A DNA stretch of 64,000 nucleotides, taken from Promethearchaeota archaeon. Its GTDB lineage: Archaea > Asgardarchaeota > Lokiarchaeia > Sigyniarchaeales > SOKP01. The position numbers were made by a program, and so were the translations under genes. A model generated the notes under the pieces. The model made no database searches and had not been told where the DNA came from. It saw only the letters and a program-made list of their open reading frames with translations. Below are positions 48,848 through 59,913 of this stretch, piece by piece. The stretch covers positions 14,413 to 78,412 of the forward strand of contig JAEOTS010000025.1 of the NCBI GenBank assembly GCA_016839745.1. Reading direction: 5' to 3'. The first letter of the stretch is position 1; every line of letters begins with the position of its first letter.

Positions 48848-51802
48848 TTAATTTTTATATAATTTCTCTTTTATATAATTAACCAGATCGTCAATTTTTA
48901 GTTTTTTATCCCCGATAAACACTTGACCATAATCTTCCTTACCACCACCTTTACCACCGTATTTCGAAGCTATGTCTTTAACAAAGTTCCCCATATTAAA
49001 GTCTGATCTTTTCATAAGCCCTTTCCCTACCATTCCAATAATAGTAAATCCTTTCTCATCTCTATTGATAAAAATTGTGTTCAGATCTTCAGATTTCCTT
49101 AGAATTTTCACGCTTAGATTCTTAAGATCGTTTTGGGAAAGATTTTCAAAGGATTTAATAATCATTTTAGAGTTATTGAATAAGAACGCTGATTTAACAA
49201 GATTATCCATAAATTTTTCGTCAAACAAGTTTTCTACATCCTTTAATTTTACTTTAGCATCGTTCCATTCATTATATAATTTTTTTACCTTCAGGGGAAC
49301 ATCTTCTTTTTTTGTATTTAGAATTCGAGATAATTCCATTAATATTTCCAATTCAAAAGTATTAGCTGAATTCAGAACCATGTCATTTTCATTAAATTTT
49401 CCAGTGTGTATTGCCTTATTTAAGTTCTTCCACTTATTTAATAATTCTTCAACTCTACCTATTATTTTGTTCTGTGGAATTTCTAATAATTTCTCTAGTT
49501 GGTTTAAAATAAGAGAATCTTCTAAGTCTAGCTCTTGTGTCGCAGATCCTGCTGTAAAGGTCAATCTCACTATACCATCTTGAATTTTTTGCGATTTAAT
49601 TATTTTAATTCTTCCAGTTTCTAAAGTATTATTCAAGTGCGTTCCACCACAAGCTTCTACATCTACATCCGGAATCTCAACTATTCTAATATTTTTTCCA
49701 GGCACAGCACCTCCTTGATATATTGTCATCCCGTATTTTTGTTCTGCTTTAGATCGTGGAATGAAGGAAAGTTTCATATCAATTGCTTTGTTAACTATCT
49801 CGTTTGCTTTATTTTCGATTTTTAGTAGATTTTCTCTCGAAATTTGCTCGTAATGAGTAACATCCAGGTTGGAATGTTTCATAGTCTTCTTAGCTCCAGC
49901 TTGGTTAATATGATTCCCCAGTACAAAACGGGCAGCAGCATTTACAATGTGGGTAGCAGTATGATGTTGAGAAAGTTGCGTACGCCATTTTTTATCAACT
50001 TCAACTTTAACTTTTTCCCCTTCTTTAAATTTTGGTTTGTCAGATAAAATGTGTATAATATAATTCCCCTGTTTAACCACATTATCGAATTTTTGACCGT
50101 TAATAGTTCCAATATCATGTAGTTGTCCTCCTGAAGTAGGATAAGCAACAGATTGATCAAGAACCACATTGTTATCTACTATTTTAAGAACTGTAGCTGT
50201 GTTAGCTGTCTCAGTATAATCGTAATAGTAAAGAGATTTGGTTTCCAATGTATTATTAAAATCTAACTTGATTTGTTCTTGTATACCGTTGACATGTTCT
50301 CCTTTTTCATGCCTTTCTACTACTAGACTATAGAAATTATCGGGAATTTTTACTATTCTTCCTAATTTTTTCGCAGTTTCTTTAACCATCTCAGGATTTA
50401 TTCCTCTGGAATCGTATATTTCAATCAATGTTTCGGTTGATATATCTCCTTTAGCAAGTAACTTCTCTAACATTTTACTCGCTTTTCTTTTCGTAATATA
50501 ATATTTCTCTTTTTCAACTCTTAAAATCTTCCTTAGGTCATCTAATCGTTCAGAAACTTCTGGAAATTGTTCTTTCAGTTCCTCCGCGTGCCATTTGCAT
50601 ACATCAGAGATATTTATGTTCCAATCGAATTTGTCGATAAAACTTAAAGCGCGTCTTAAAATAACTCTAAGATTATATCCGCCGCCAACATTAGAAGGGA
50701 GTTTTCCATCATTAATCGCAAATAATAAAGTTCTCGTATGATCAGCTATTGAATAGATGGCTGTCATAGGTAAAATTGTATTCTGTAAATCTTCTACTTG
50801 TATTTCTAAATCTTTGGCTACTCTTTCCCATGCTGCTTCCATATCATCTACTTCATCTATATTCAGATAAGCAGAATATTTTGAAAATTTATTGTATAAA
50901 TCAAAATCTAACTCTATTTTAGTTCTTTCTCTTAGCTTTGAAAGAACATGTGGAAATGTAGCTTCATAGATATTTGGAGTACCTTGTGAAAACCATGCAA
51001 CGCGTTCTTGGCCTAAACCCATATCTAAAACTTTAAGCTTCAATTCATGAGGTCCATCTGGAGTTTGTTCAAACATTGTATAGACTTGATTGAATAATTC
51101 TACTCCTCTACTAAAAAATTCAAGACTACACCCAAATGAACCCCCACCAGCCCAAGAATCTTCGTGGATAGTTATTTCTTCTTTAGGAGCCCCTACGCCC
51201 AAATTGATAAAGTCGTGCATATCCATAAAAAGCTGCCCTTGGTGCCATTCTTCAGGAGGTACAAATTGATGTTGTCCAATCATTACAAAACCTGTATTGT
51301 GCGAACCAGTTACTCCCACATTCTCAATGTCGTTAAATCTTAAACAAAATTGTGGAATGACTAATTTTTTAGCTGGAGGTTCTACTTCTCCTGTTATTAC
51401 ATAAGGTTGGAATGCTGAGATTGACGCAATTGTAAACTCTGAAGTTGGATTCCACCTAGCAACGCAAGGATATCGCTTTATTGGTTTATATCCCCTTGGT
51501 TCTAAAACCTCAACGATTTTTTTCCACACTTCGATATATGTTAGTTTTTGAGCTAACGGTTTGCCTGCGACTTGAAATCCTTCGCTGCAAGCTGGATCTC
51601 CGCATACTTTTCGTTTTTTAATTGTGGTCCAAAAATAAGCCCCACAACATTCACATTGCTTTCTAATGTATCCTAACTGCCTTAATTCTGGGGTTGGAAA
51701 AAATTCATCGGGATTCTTTGACGCAATCGTTTTAAATATTTTTTTTAACTCTTTATCGTTAGTAGCGCCTTTTAATTGTTTTCTTTCTTCATCGGATAAC
51801 AT
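48848..51802 (-). CDS. alaS: Alanyl-tRNA synthetase, archaeal type
   Basis: RYPCVARW, FTIASI..FQP, DMGLGQER, QHHTATH, EACGGTH, GGKGGG; start MLSDEE preferred over 51832. Confidence 0.95.
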   Translation of the reverse strand: MLSDEERKQLKGATNDKELKKIFKTIASKNPDEFFPTPELRQLGYIRKQCECCGAYFWTTIKKRKVCGDPACSEGFQVAGKPLAQKLTYIEVWKKIVEVLEPRGYKPIKRYPCVARWNPTSEFTIASISAFQPYVITGEVEPPAKKLVIPQFCLRFNDIENVGVTGSHNTGFVMIGQHQFVPPEEWHQGQLFMDMHDFINLGVGAPKEEITIHEDSWAGGGSFGCSLEFFSRGVELFNQVYTMFEQTPDGPHELKLKVLDMGLGQERVAWFSQGTPNIYEATFPHVLSKLRERTKIELDFDLYNKFSKYSAYLNIDEVDDMEAAWERVAKDLEIQVEDLQNTILPMTAIYSIADHTRTLLFAINDGKLPSNVGGGYNLRVILRRALSFIDKFDWNINISDVCKWHAEELKEQFPEVSERLDDLRKILRVEKEKYYITKRKASKMLEKLLAKGDISTETLIEIYDSRGINPEMVKETAKKLGRIVKIPDNFYSLVVERHEKGEHVNGIQEQIKLDFNNTLETKSLYYYDYTETANTATVLKIVDNNVVLDQSVAYPTSGGQLHDIGTINGQKFDNVVKQGNYIIHILSDKPKFKEGEKVKVEVDKKWRTQLSQHHTATHIVNAAARFVLGNHINQAGAKKTMKHSNLDVTHYEQISRENLLKIENKANEIVNKAIDMKLSFIPRSKAEQKYGMTIYQGGAVPGKNIRIVEIPDVDVEACGGTHLNNTLETGRIKIIKSQKIQDGIVRLTFTAGSATQELDLEDSLILNQLEKLLEIPQNKIIGRVEELLNKWKNLNKAIHTGKFNENDMVLNSANTFELEILMELSRILNTKKEDVPLKVKKLYNEWNDAKVKLKDVENLFDEKFMDNLVKSAFLFNNSKMIIKSFENLSQNDLKNLSVKILRKSEDLNTIFINRDEKGFTIIGMVGKGLMKRSDFNMGNFVKDIASKYGGKGGGKEDYGQVFIGDKKLKIDDLVNYIKEKLYKN

Positions 51803-52058
51803 ATGAATCAAAAGATAAGTGTTGATGATCATCTGATATTATTAATTAATACAATTAATGACTTCCTAAAATCTTTTTCTCTTAATTAAGGACTTCAAAT
51901 TTGAGATTAGGTATAATGTAACCTTAAAGGTTTGCTCAGAATAAATTAGGAGATGATATTTTTTGACAAAATAGTTAATGTTTTTATAGAACACTATCAT
52001 AATATTTCTTAACACTTCAAATCCAAAATTAGAAAGTATTTAGAAAGGTGAAAACAAT

Positions 52059-52367
52059 ATGGTAAAAATTATGATGGTTGGAAAATACCCTCCTCATAAG
52101 TTAAACGAATGTGTCAAAAATTATATGAGAACTGACAAGCCAGCTTACCCAGGCTTCTTGAAAAAAATTGAAAATTGGGCTGCACAAATAACTGGTGAAA
52201 AACACAAAGTATACGCCGTATACGAGTGTCCAGATGATAAAATTATTGAAGGTATGGCTGCTTTAGCTAAAAGACATAACTTTTATGCTTCTGTAGAGGG
52301 ATATACATACAAAATGGAGTTACTTGCGGAAGCAGATGATGCCATTAAAGATTTTTTAAAGAAATAG
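52059..52367 (+). CDS. Small conserved hypothetical protein
   Basis: GGTGA RBS; aligns by eye with the N-terminal domain of 9151..9873. Confidence 0.8.
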   Translation: MVKIMMVGKYPPHKLNECVKNYMRTDKPAYPGFLKKIENWAAQITGEKHKVYAVYECPDDKIIEGMAALAKRHNFYASVEGYTYKMELLAEADDAIKDFLKK

Positions 52368-52411
52368 AGGCTCGGCTATTATATAAAATTCTTTTTTTTT
52401 TACTTTTCAAA

Positions 52412-52849
52412 CTAAAAGTCTAAAATTTGAAGTCGAGAATATCCATCTTTTACGAAATCGTAATCGAGAAACTCGATCTTTTCTGGAATTATTTTCAAAA
52501 GGAGTTTTCTTTTACCCCGGACAATTTTTTGAACCTTGTCAAACTCTTCGTCGCCTTCCCTTAAAAAGATCAGTCGATCTTTCCCGGATGCTGTAATTTG
52601 CATGCCCTGTATTTTACCAGTATCCATAGGGGTATAAATTCCAATACTAACATTTGGATTTTCTTCGATATTTTTTACCTTTCTCCCAGGAGCAGGTCCT
52701 ATATATATATTAAAATCACTAGATTTCTTTTCCATATAGAAATCCATAGGTGTTGCGCGAGGTGTATTATCCGAACAAGTACAAAGTACGAGTATCTTTC
52801 TTTTGTTAAAAAAATCTTGAATAGCTTTTTTTAGATCTTCTTCTGGCAT
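52412..52849 (-). CDS. Pyridoxamine 5'-phosphate oxidase-like (split-barrel FMN-binding) protein
   Basis: LCT...P.ATPM, RKVKNIEENPNVSI. Confidence 0.85.
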   Translation of the reverse strand: MPEEDLKKAIQDFFNKRKILVLCTCSDNTPRATPMDFYMEKKSSDFNIYIGPAPGRKVKNIEENPNVSIGIYTPMDTGKIQGMQITASGKDRLIFLREGDEEFDKVQKIVRGKRKLLLKIIPEKIEFLDYDFVKDGYSRLQILDF

Positions 52850-52969
52850 TTTGTTTCCTATGATAAATTCACCTTAATGCTATTGCTATTAGTTATAATA
52901 ATTTTTTTAAAAAAAGTTTATTGGATAATGAAGTTTGATTATACGATATCCACCTTATATAAGAATTTT

Positions 52970-54112
52970 TTATAGTTGGCTTATGTTAGAGTGTGGAAAT
53001 TCAGTTCCATGTATTGCTGCTTGAACATATGGCGAGATTGGCCCTCGACCTAACGCCATTATCCTTATTTTAGATCCTAAAGTTGGATTTAATGAAGTTC
53101 CAAATTTAAGGGAAGCATCCTCCGGAATTTCACTTGAAATTGTTGAGATAATACTATCAATTTTACTTAACGCTAATTGATGATCTCCTGAAACCGAAAC
53201 AATACATTTATCAACCTTTTTAGTGTCTGGCTCTAAGAGAGGATTATGTAATGCTAGTTTTGCCTTTTTTATTAGATCAGCTTCTTCTCCCAAAGACTCG
53301 GTAATACCGATTAATCCGGAAGGATAAGCTCCTTTTTTCTCAAGGACTTTTTTTACATCAGCGTAATCGATGTTAATCAAACCGCAATTATTTATTAAAT
53401 TGATTATTTCTTTAATGGATCGAATTAATACTTCATCCATTATTTTAAAACCAGCTAGAATTGGTAATTTTTGATTAAAGCGTAGAAGATTATTGTTTGG
53501 AATTGGTATTAAAGTATCAGAATATTTCATGAGCTCTTCTAAACCTTTCCTGGCTCTTATGCTTCTTTCGATTCCCTCAGATGAAAAAGGAACAGAGCAA
53601 AACGAAACAACAATAGCTTTATTTTTTTTTGCTTCTCTTGCAATTACAGGAGCAGCACCAGTACCAGTACCTCCTCCCAAACCAAATGTTAAAAATACTA
53701 TATCAGCATTTAAAACTTGAGAAAGACGATCGACATCTTCTTCAGCAGCTGCAGTACCAACACTAGGATCGTTGCCTGACCCTAAACCGTTGCAAGTTTC
53801 CTTTCCAATTAGTACTTTTTGATTCGAATTTGAGTAATATAAATCGTGAGCATCCGTATTTATATTTAAAGTTTCAACCAATTCCGAATCGATATCTTGC
53901 ATTCTTGATACGGTATTATTACCTGCTCCACCCACTCCGATCACCAAAGATTTAATTTTTAAGACTTTAAGCAAATCAGAGAGGTATGTATCGTTATCTA
54001 AATTTGAAGACTTGTTAGAATTTATATTATGTTGGGTAATTTCTTTAAACCGGGATCTAACTGATACTCTTGAATTTACGATTTCGCTTAGATCAAATTC
54101 ATCATCATCCAT
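52970..54112 (-). CDS. ftsZ: Cell division GTPase FtsZ
   Basis: GVGGAGNN, NTD, GLGGGTGTG, PFSSEG, NIDYAD T7 loop. Confidence 0.95.
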   Translation of the reverse strand: MDDDEFDLSEIVNSRVSVRSRFKEITQHNINSNKSSNLDNDTYLSDLLKVLKIKSLVIGVGGAGNNTVSRMQDIDSELVETLNINTDAHDLYYSNSNQKVLIGKETCNGLGSGNDPSVGTAAAEEDVDRLSQVLNADIVFLTFGLGGGTGTGAAPVIAREAKKNKAIVVSFCSVPFSSEGIERSIRARKGLEELMKYSDTLIPIPNNNLLRFNQKLPILAGFKIMDEVLIRSIKEIINLINNCGLINIDYADVKKVLEKKGAYPSGLIGITESLGEEADLIKKAKLALHNPLLEPDTKKVDKCIVSVSGDHQLALSKIDSIISTISSEIPEDASLKFGTSLNPTLGSKIRIMALGRGPISPYVQAAIHGTEFPHSNISQL

Positions 54113-54325
54113 AAAAAGTTACCATAATGAGGAGTAATTAGTTAATAATATGTGTATTATATCCAAATAATATAAGGGAGTAATATGCATGTAATATTGA
54201 AAATCGATAACATCAAGGTAATTTCTAAATTTCTACTTATTTGTGAGAGAAAAAGGATAAATATCGGACAGCATAAATTTAAAAGACTGAAGACTATATT
54301 TTATATGCTTGGGGTTAATTGAAAA

Positions 54326-54565
54326 ATGGAAACTGAATTGAATAATGACGCAACTGAATCTTCATTCATAGATTCAGAAGGGGAGGATGTAATAAAAGTC
54401 AGAGCCATCATCAGTTGTCCTTCTGGAGATTATAAAAAAAAGTTTAAAAACACATTTCCTAGAAAAGACTTGGAGCTTATGGTAGTTGCTTTCAAAATAT
54501 TTGATTTCATGACTTGCTCTAAATGTGGAGAACTTTTAAATCTCAATTTGGAATTTGAAATATAA
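54326..54565 (+). CDS. Small hypothetical protein (CSKC Zn-ribbon-like)
   Basis: 79-aa ORF. Confidence 0.65.
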   Translation: METELNNDATESSFIDSEGEDVIKVRAIISCPSGDYKKKFKNTFPRKDLELMVVAFKIFDFMTCSKCGELLNLNLEFEI

Positions 54566-54637
54566 CTAATTAAGCAAGATTTCACTTATTTTCTGTCACA
54601 AAAATTAGTATTAGCTATACTTCAAGTATTGTAATAT

Positions 54638-55948
54638 CTAAACACTAAGTTGAATCTGTCCGTAAGTCCCGCCCCCACCCGGCGTGTATTCAATTTTGTT
54701 CCCTCTTATTGCTTCTATAACTTTAGCGATTTTTTCGTCGAATTTTTTGATTTCTTCAATAGGAACTTCTATTATAATATCAAACTCTGTTCCTAATTCC
54801 TTTATTATCTTATTATAAGTGTTTAATACGGTTGTGCTTGAGGTGCTTTTAATATTTTTAACAGATCGAATTATGTCAATTAATGGTACGGCATTAATAT
54901 ATAACGGTCTATGGTCAGGGTGTATCGGTTCTGAGGAAGTAGAAATTACTTCAATCCGTTCACTTACACCCAATTTGATTTTAATGTTTTTATTGAATTT
55001 TTGCTTACATGCGGGGCAAGTCACTTTTTCTTTAGCAACATTATCGATATATTCCTTTCTTGCCATGTTAGGGTTGTCTGTTAAAACTATAATAAAATCT
55101 TCTGTGATTGTATACTGATTAAATAGAGAAATCCCTTGTTTTTGTGTTTTTTTAAACATTATTCTTCTTCTACATTTGTGACAAAACATATTAAAATATT
55201 TACCTAACTTTGGATGAAGTCCTACATTTAACTCTACTCTACGTTGATTTTTTCTTTCAATTGCTAAAACTAATTCTTCAAAAGAGGGGCTATCAATCTG
55301 AAGTTTATTAAATTCTCTTCCTAGGGATCGAGGATTTTCAGAATGTGCATCACTATTGCTAAGAAAAGTAATTTCTTTAAGGCAATCTAATCTATCAGCT
55401 AAATCAGTATTAGCAGATAGACCTAACTCTAAAAATTTAACTTTTTTTACGGCATCCTGATAACAATCTTCAAGAGTTTCATATTTATTGTGACGAAATA
55501 TTGCCTTGAATGGAGTAAAGGCGTGTGCGGGTCCAATAATTGCTCCATAATCAGTTATAACATCAACCAGTTCAGCAGGAGATAAGTTCACTCTTGGGCG
55601 CCCCCCCCACTCGTCTAACATATTTTTTGAATAGGGTTTAATCTTTTTTTGAACTTCCTTGACTGTAGAAAAATCAGGAAAAAATACTACTTCGTGAACG
55701 CTCTCTTGATCTTCAATTTCAGTCTGTAAAATAAAGTAAACATCTTTGTAACAGAAAGCTCCGTCCCTATCTTTTTTCAAGTTCATTTCTAAATAATTTA
55801 ACCAATCTGGTTGCAACACATCTCCGGTTCCAAGGATATGAAGCCCTTTTTTCTTGCTCGTCTCAACTATACTATCTAGATTTAACTTTTGAGATACTGC
55901 TATGGAATGAGGCGAGTGAATATGTAGATCAGAATTAAATGTATCCAT
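54638..55948 (-). CDS. Endonuclease Q / TIGR00375-type PHP-domain protein
   Basis: DLHIHS, GTGD, PAHAFTP, ELGLSA, SNSDAHS, GREFN, PGGGGTYG. Confidence 0.9.
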   Translation of the reverse strand: MDTFNSDLHIHSPHSIAVSQKLNLDSIVETSKKKGLHILGTGDVLQPDWLNYLEMNLKKDRDGAFCYKDVYFILQTEIEDQESVHEVVFFPDFSTVKEVQKKIKPYSKNMLDEWGGRPRVNLSPAELVDVITDYGAIIGPAHAFTPFKAIFRHNKYETLEDCYQDAVKKVKFLELGLSANTDLADRLDCLKEITFLSNSDAHSENPRSLGREFNKLQIDSPSFEELVLAIERKNQRRVELNVGLHPKLGKYFNMFCHKCRRRIMFKKTQKQGISLFNQYTITEDFIIVLTDNPNMARKEYIDNVAKEKVTCPACKQKFNKNIKIKLGVSERIEVISTSSEPIHPDHRPLYINAVPLIDIIRSVKNIKSTSSTTVLNTYNKIIKELGTEFDIIIEVPIEEIKKFDEKIAKVIEAIRGNKIEYTPGGGGTYGQIQLSV

Positions 55949-55972
55949 TAATTAATCTTAAACTACAATCCA

Positions 55973-57046
55973 TTAAATATCATTTGCTTTTAATCTAGAT
56001 CCTAATTCAATCCATTCTTTAGCTTTCTCAGAATTTCCCAATTTCTCGTGACAACGAACCACTGACTCCCAAAAATCCACTTCCGATGGATCAAGAGAGA
56101 CAACCTTATCAAAATGTATTAAAGCCTCTTTGTAATTATCTTTTACATTGCAAAAAATACTACCTAATTTCTTAAGAGCATTGATGTTATCTGGATCCAT
56201 TTTGAGAGTGTTTTGGAAATAAAAGATTGCGTTATCGAAATCGTTTAACGCGCTATAACTGAATGCTAAATTTTCGTATAGCACTGCATCTTCTTCTTGA
56301 AGATTTAAAGCTTCCTCATAACATTTTATCGATTCTTTAAAATCTTCTTTAAAAGTATAGGATAACCCTAAGTTATTCCACGCTTCAATAAAGGAAGGAT
56401 TCAGTTCAGTTGCCTTCCTATAGCATTTAATTGCCAATTCGTAATCGTTTTTCTCATAAGCAACATCACCTAGGTCAAACCATAATTCAGCGTTATTAGG
56501 ATTGAGATCAATTGCTTTTTTATAGTATTTTATTGCTTCATCGTAATTCTGGTTATCGTAGTATATTATGGCTAGATTGTTGTAAAGAAGTTGTTCATCT
56601 GGATTAATTTTTAGCGCTTTTTTGTAGCACCTTATTGCTTCATCGTACTGTTCTTTTTCTCTATAGATTAACGCTATATTATTCCAAACATCCGTGTAGC
56701 TTGGTTCGTATTCTAACGCGATTTTGTAATACTTTAATGCGTTATCGTGATCTTCTAAGTCTTCATAAGCAAATCCCATGTTATAGTAGGCGATTGCGTC
56801 GTCTGGTTCTATTTCGATTGCTTTCTGATAGCAATTTATTGCTTCTTTAAATTGGCGCAACATACTATACGAAAGTCCAAGATTATTCCATACTTCCGGA
56901 AAATAAGGATTGATTTCTATAGCCTTTTGATACGCTTCTATTGCAGCTTCATATTCATTTTCGTCGTAATACGCATCCGCTAAATTAATCCACGCATCAG
57001 CGTCATTAGGATCCAATTCTGCTGACTTTTTATATCTCTCTATCAT
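55973..57046 (-). CDS. TPR repeat protein (about 10 TPRs)
   Basis: Recurring WNNLG...YDEAIxCYxKAIxINP units of 34 aa. Confidence 0.95.
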   Translation of the reverse strand: MIERYKKSAELDPNDADAWINLADAYYDENEYEAAIEAYQKAIEINPYFPEVWNNLGLSYSMLRQFKEAINCYQKAIEIEPDDAIAYYNMGFAYEDLEDHDNALKYYKIALEYEPSYTDVWNNIALIYREKEQYDEAIRCYKKALKINPDEQLLYNNLAIIYYDNQNYDEAIKYYKKAIDLNPNNAELWFDLGDVAYEKNDYELAIKCYRKATELNPSFIEAWNNLGLSYTFKEDFKESIKCYEEALNLQEEDAVLYENLAFSYSALNDFDNAIFYFQNTLKMDPDNINALKKLGSIFCNVKDNYKEALIHFDKVVSLDPSEVDFWESVVRCHEKLGNSEKAKEWIELGSRLKANDI

Positions 57047-57123
57047 TTTAAAATCAGATATTACCTATGAAAAAAAAAGTTTTATTACTATTATTTTTTT
57101 TGGATTTTAAAAATATCTATTAA

Positions 57124-58167
57124 TTATGTGTCAATAACTATCATTTTATCGTGCTTTTGGTTCGTCAACAAAATTCTTAGATGTGTTTTACTACTTTTAA
57201 ATTTTACTTCTTCTAACTTTCCTTCAACAAATACAGATTCTCCTTTAGTTGCTTGTTCACAAAACCTTCCCCGAAAAGAACTTATTTCATTTAAATTACT
57301 TAAGTTAATGTTATTACCAATAAATTTGGTTTCTAAAACCTTTAGACAATCAATCTTATAAGAACAAGGTGTAAAAATCGAATTAGTTGAATCGATTATT
57401 TTTGCTTTTACTTTAATCCTTCCTAAGTTCTTATATTTGTAATCGTAGAAAGTTCCATTCCAATCATTAGGACTTTTGATATATCTGATGAAAAAGTCAA
57501 CTCCATGGAATTTTCCTTGATGTAACTTTCTTTTTTCGCTTCTCAAAAAACTCTCGAAGTTGATGCCAGAACCTCCTACCCTCCAATTATAATGAGTTTT
57601 ATATTCGGTTAAGTTATATGCCCTACAATTGTTTGAAGTAAGTAGTAATGTTTTTAATTTATCTTGAAATTCTAAACTAGCACGAGTTCCATATATAATT
57701 ACGTCTATATCAGAATCTTCTTTACTTAATCCGATCATGGGGGAACCAGAAATACCAATTGCATCCTCTGGTACTGAAGCGTCTGTAATTAATAATTCGC
57801 ATAAATTTTTGGAATGGTTTTCGATTTCTGACAAATAAATCCTCATTTTTAATGTATCATAGTATTCTCGGGGAGTATAAATTTTCTTTATATCTTTAAT
57901 TTCTACGCCCTGAAGCTCTAAATCAAGTTCGTTTGAAAAAAAAAGATATTGTGGGTAGTCCTCTCTTAATTTCAAATATCTTTCATCCAAGGAATAGATT
58001 TTTTTATAATTTTTGCCTTCCTTTGTTCTTTCTCCATTTTTATCTGGATAAAATCTTAAAAAACAGATTTTTCGGTCTTGGGGATGGTGATAGCCTTTTA
58101 TATCGAAAAAAAGGTGGTCTTCTTTTGTTTCAAGGTAATCCCCTTCAACTCCTTTTGGAATTTTCAT
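57124..58167 (-). CDS. Archaeal predicted nucleotidyltransferase (COG1665-like)
   Basis: F..KGY.HP, GISGS..IGL....SDIDVIIYG, FRGRFCEQA. Confidence 0.82.
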   Translation of the reverse strand: MKIPKGVEGDYLETKEDHLFFDIKGYHHPQDRKICFLRFYPDKNGERTKEGKNYKKIYSLDERYLKLREDYPQYLFFSNELDLELQGVEIKDIKKIYTPREYYDTLKMRIYLSEIENHSKNLCELLITDASVPEDAIGISGSPMIGLSKEDSDIDVIIYGTRASLEFQDKLKTLLLTSNNCRAYNLTEYKTHYNWRVGGSGINFESFLRSEKRKLHQGKFHGVDFFIRYIKSPNDWNGTFYDYKYKNLGRIKVKAKIIDSTNSIFTPCSYKIDCLKVLETKFIGNNINLSNLNEISSFRGRFCEQATKGESVFVEGKLEEVKFKSSKTHLRILLTNQKHDKMIVIDT

Positions 58168-58190
58168 AAGACCCCTAACTTTATTGATTA

Positions 58191-59291
58191 TTATCTGGAA
58201 GGCGTTTTTGATTTGATTTTATATTTTGGTATTTCTTTTGCTTTCCTTAATTCTCTTTCAAAATCTCTTTTTTCTCTTAGAAATCTCTCTTTATCACTTT
58301 CTAATCTTTGCCTCTCTTTTCTAATTGAAAATTTATCGTCTTCTATTTTTGATTTCTCCTTTTCCAATTTTTTAATTTCTTCTTTTAAGCTTTTGAGTTT
58401 ATTTTCTGAATTACGAATTTTGTGATCTAATGAATAATATGTATCTTCAGCTTTAGGTACTTTCCTGTTTAATTCTTTTAATCTTACTTCTTGGCCCTTT
58501 TTCTTTTTTTCTAAATCTCTAACATCTTGATCTACATTCTCTTTAAATTTTCCCAATTTCTCCTTTTTCTTTTCAATATCACGAGCCTGAGAGGTTAAAT
58601 CTTTTTTCTTATATCGAACTTTCTCCTTTTCATCTTTTAGTCTTCTTTTCTCATCTTCAATTCGATTCTTTTCGTTTAGTATATCTCTTCTCAGACTATT
58701 AATTTCTTTGTTCAAATTATCTCTTTCTCTCGTTAAACTCTTAATTTCGTTTCTTAAATCCATTAGATTGTTTTCCAACTTTTCAATTGTCCTCTCTAAC
58801 GCACTTTCTCTCCGTTCCATCCCGGGCAATTTGGTTTTAATTTCTTTTATTCTTTCTTTAGCATTTTCTTTTTCACTTGCTATATATTTCTTCTCACTTT
58901 CTAATTCGTCTCTTAATCCGTCTAATCTCTCTTGATATCGCTCTAAGTCAGCATTTTTTTGATCTAACTCCCTTTCTTTGGTATAGAGATTATTTTTACT
59001 TTCTTTTATTTCGTTTCTCATATTATCCAATTCTTTTTTTAGTTGTTCGCGTTGATTTTGAAGATCTCTGACTTGAAGTTCTTTTTCTTTTCTTTTTTTT
59101 TCTAAATCTTGAATATTGTCTTGATACCCTTTAACTCTATTGATAACATTGTCCCATTCAATTTTCTCTTTATTTAGCTTAATTCTTTCTTCTTTAATTT
59201 TTTTGAGTAATTTCGCATCAGGAATGTCGTCTAGTTGCTCTTCGGGTGTTTTTTCTCGAATTTTATGCTTGGGAATAGGTTTTTCCTTCAT
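58191..59291 (-). CDS. Long coiled-coil protein with IPK(H/Y)KI(R/K)xKTP motifs at both termini
   Basis: About 330 aa K/E/R-rich heptads; divergent from UBL 59471. Confidence 0.85.
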   Translation of the reverse strand: MKEKPIPKHKIREKTPEEQLDDIPDAKLLKKIKEERIKLNKEKIEWDNVINRVKGYQDNIQDLEKKRKEKELQVRDLQNQREQLKKELDNMRNEIKESKNNLYTKERELDQKNADLERYQERLDGLRDELESEKKYIASEKENAKERIKEIKTKLPGMERRESALERTIEKLENNLMDLRNEIKSLTRERDNLNKEINSLRRDILNEKNRIEDEKRRLKDEKEKVRYKKKDLTSQARDIEKKKEKLGKFKENVDQDVRDLEKKKKGQEVRLKELNRKVPKAEDTYYSLDHKIRNSENKLKSLKEEIKKLEKEKSKIEDDKFSIRKERQRLESDKERFLREKRDFERELRKAKEIPKYKIKSKTPSR

Positions 59292-59470
59292 GATAATTCT
59301 TAAACTCTTATAAATGATTAATAATATTATATTAATTCGAATTCTAAAGTGTTTGTAATTTCAATTTGAGAATTTATTTGGTTAAGTTAAGTTTATTTAT
59401 ATAACATAATTTCCATTAATTTTTATAAGACATATAAAAATAACAAATCTTAACATATGGTGTTAATTTA

Positions 59471-59872
59471 ATGGATTTTGACGATGAATATGAAGAGGAA
59501 TTTGACGAAGAATTTGACGAGGATTTTGACGAAAGCTTGGATGAAGATATTGAAGAACCATCTTCAAAGTCCCCTACAAAAGATTTAAGAGCTAAGACTC
59601 CAGAACAAAAAATCCCTTCTGAGGGAAAAAAAATATCAGTTTTCTTTCTATCCACTATAGGACCAGGAGAGAAAAAACAAAAATTACTCGTTTTCACGGG
59701 TAATAAAGTTGGAGATATCAAAGACACGGTGGCAAATTTATTTGCATTAGATCCATCTGATTTCCATCTATCTTCAGGAGGAGTTACCATGGAGGAGGAT
59801 TCCTTTTTAAGTGAATATAGTGTAGCTGATGGAGATGATATATTATTAATCCCAGCTAGTGTTGCAGGTTGA
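59471..59872 (+). CDS. Ubiquitin-like protein A (acidic N-tail, ends PASVAG)
   Basis: Beta-grasp pattern V.DIK...F...FHLSSGG..M....L.EY.V.DGDDILLI; C-terminal Gly. Confidence 0.88.
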   Translation: MDFDDEYEEEFDEEFDEDFDESLDEDIEEPSSKSPTKDLRAKTPEQKIPSEGKKISVFFLSTIGPGEKKQKLLVFTGNKVGDIKDTVANLFALDPSDFHLSSGGVTMEEDSFLSEYSVADGDDILLIPASVAG

Positions 59873-59913
59873 ATATTTAGAAAGATATAAAATTAGTAAA
59901 TTTTTTTTTCATT

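Noticed and set aside
48972-49583. 203-aa plus-strand ORF and other overlapping short ORFs in the track
   Set aside because: Antisense to well-supported genes, with shadow-like F/S/L/I composition
58191-59291. SMC or intermediate-filament assignment for the coiled coil
   Set aside because: No ATPase head, hinge or IF consensus; generic heptads only
59870-59890. Readthrough of the TGA after UBL A
   Set aside because: The paralogue ends at the same Gly with TAA
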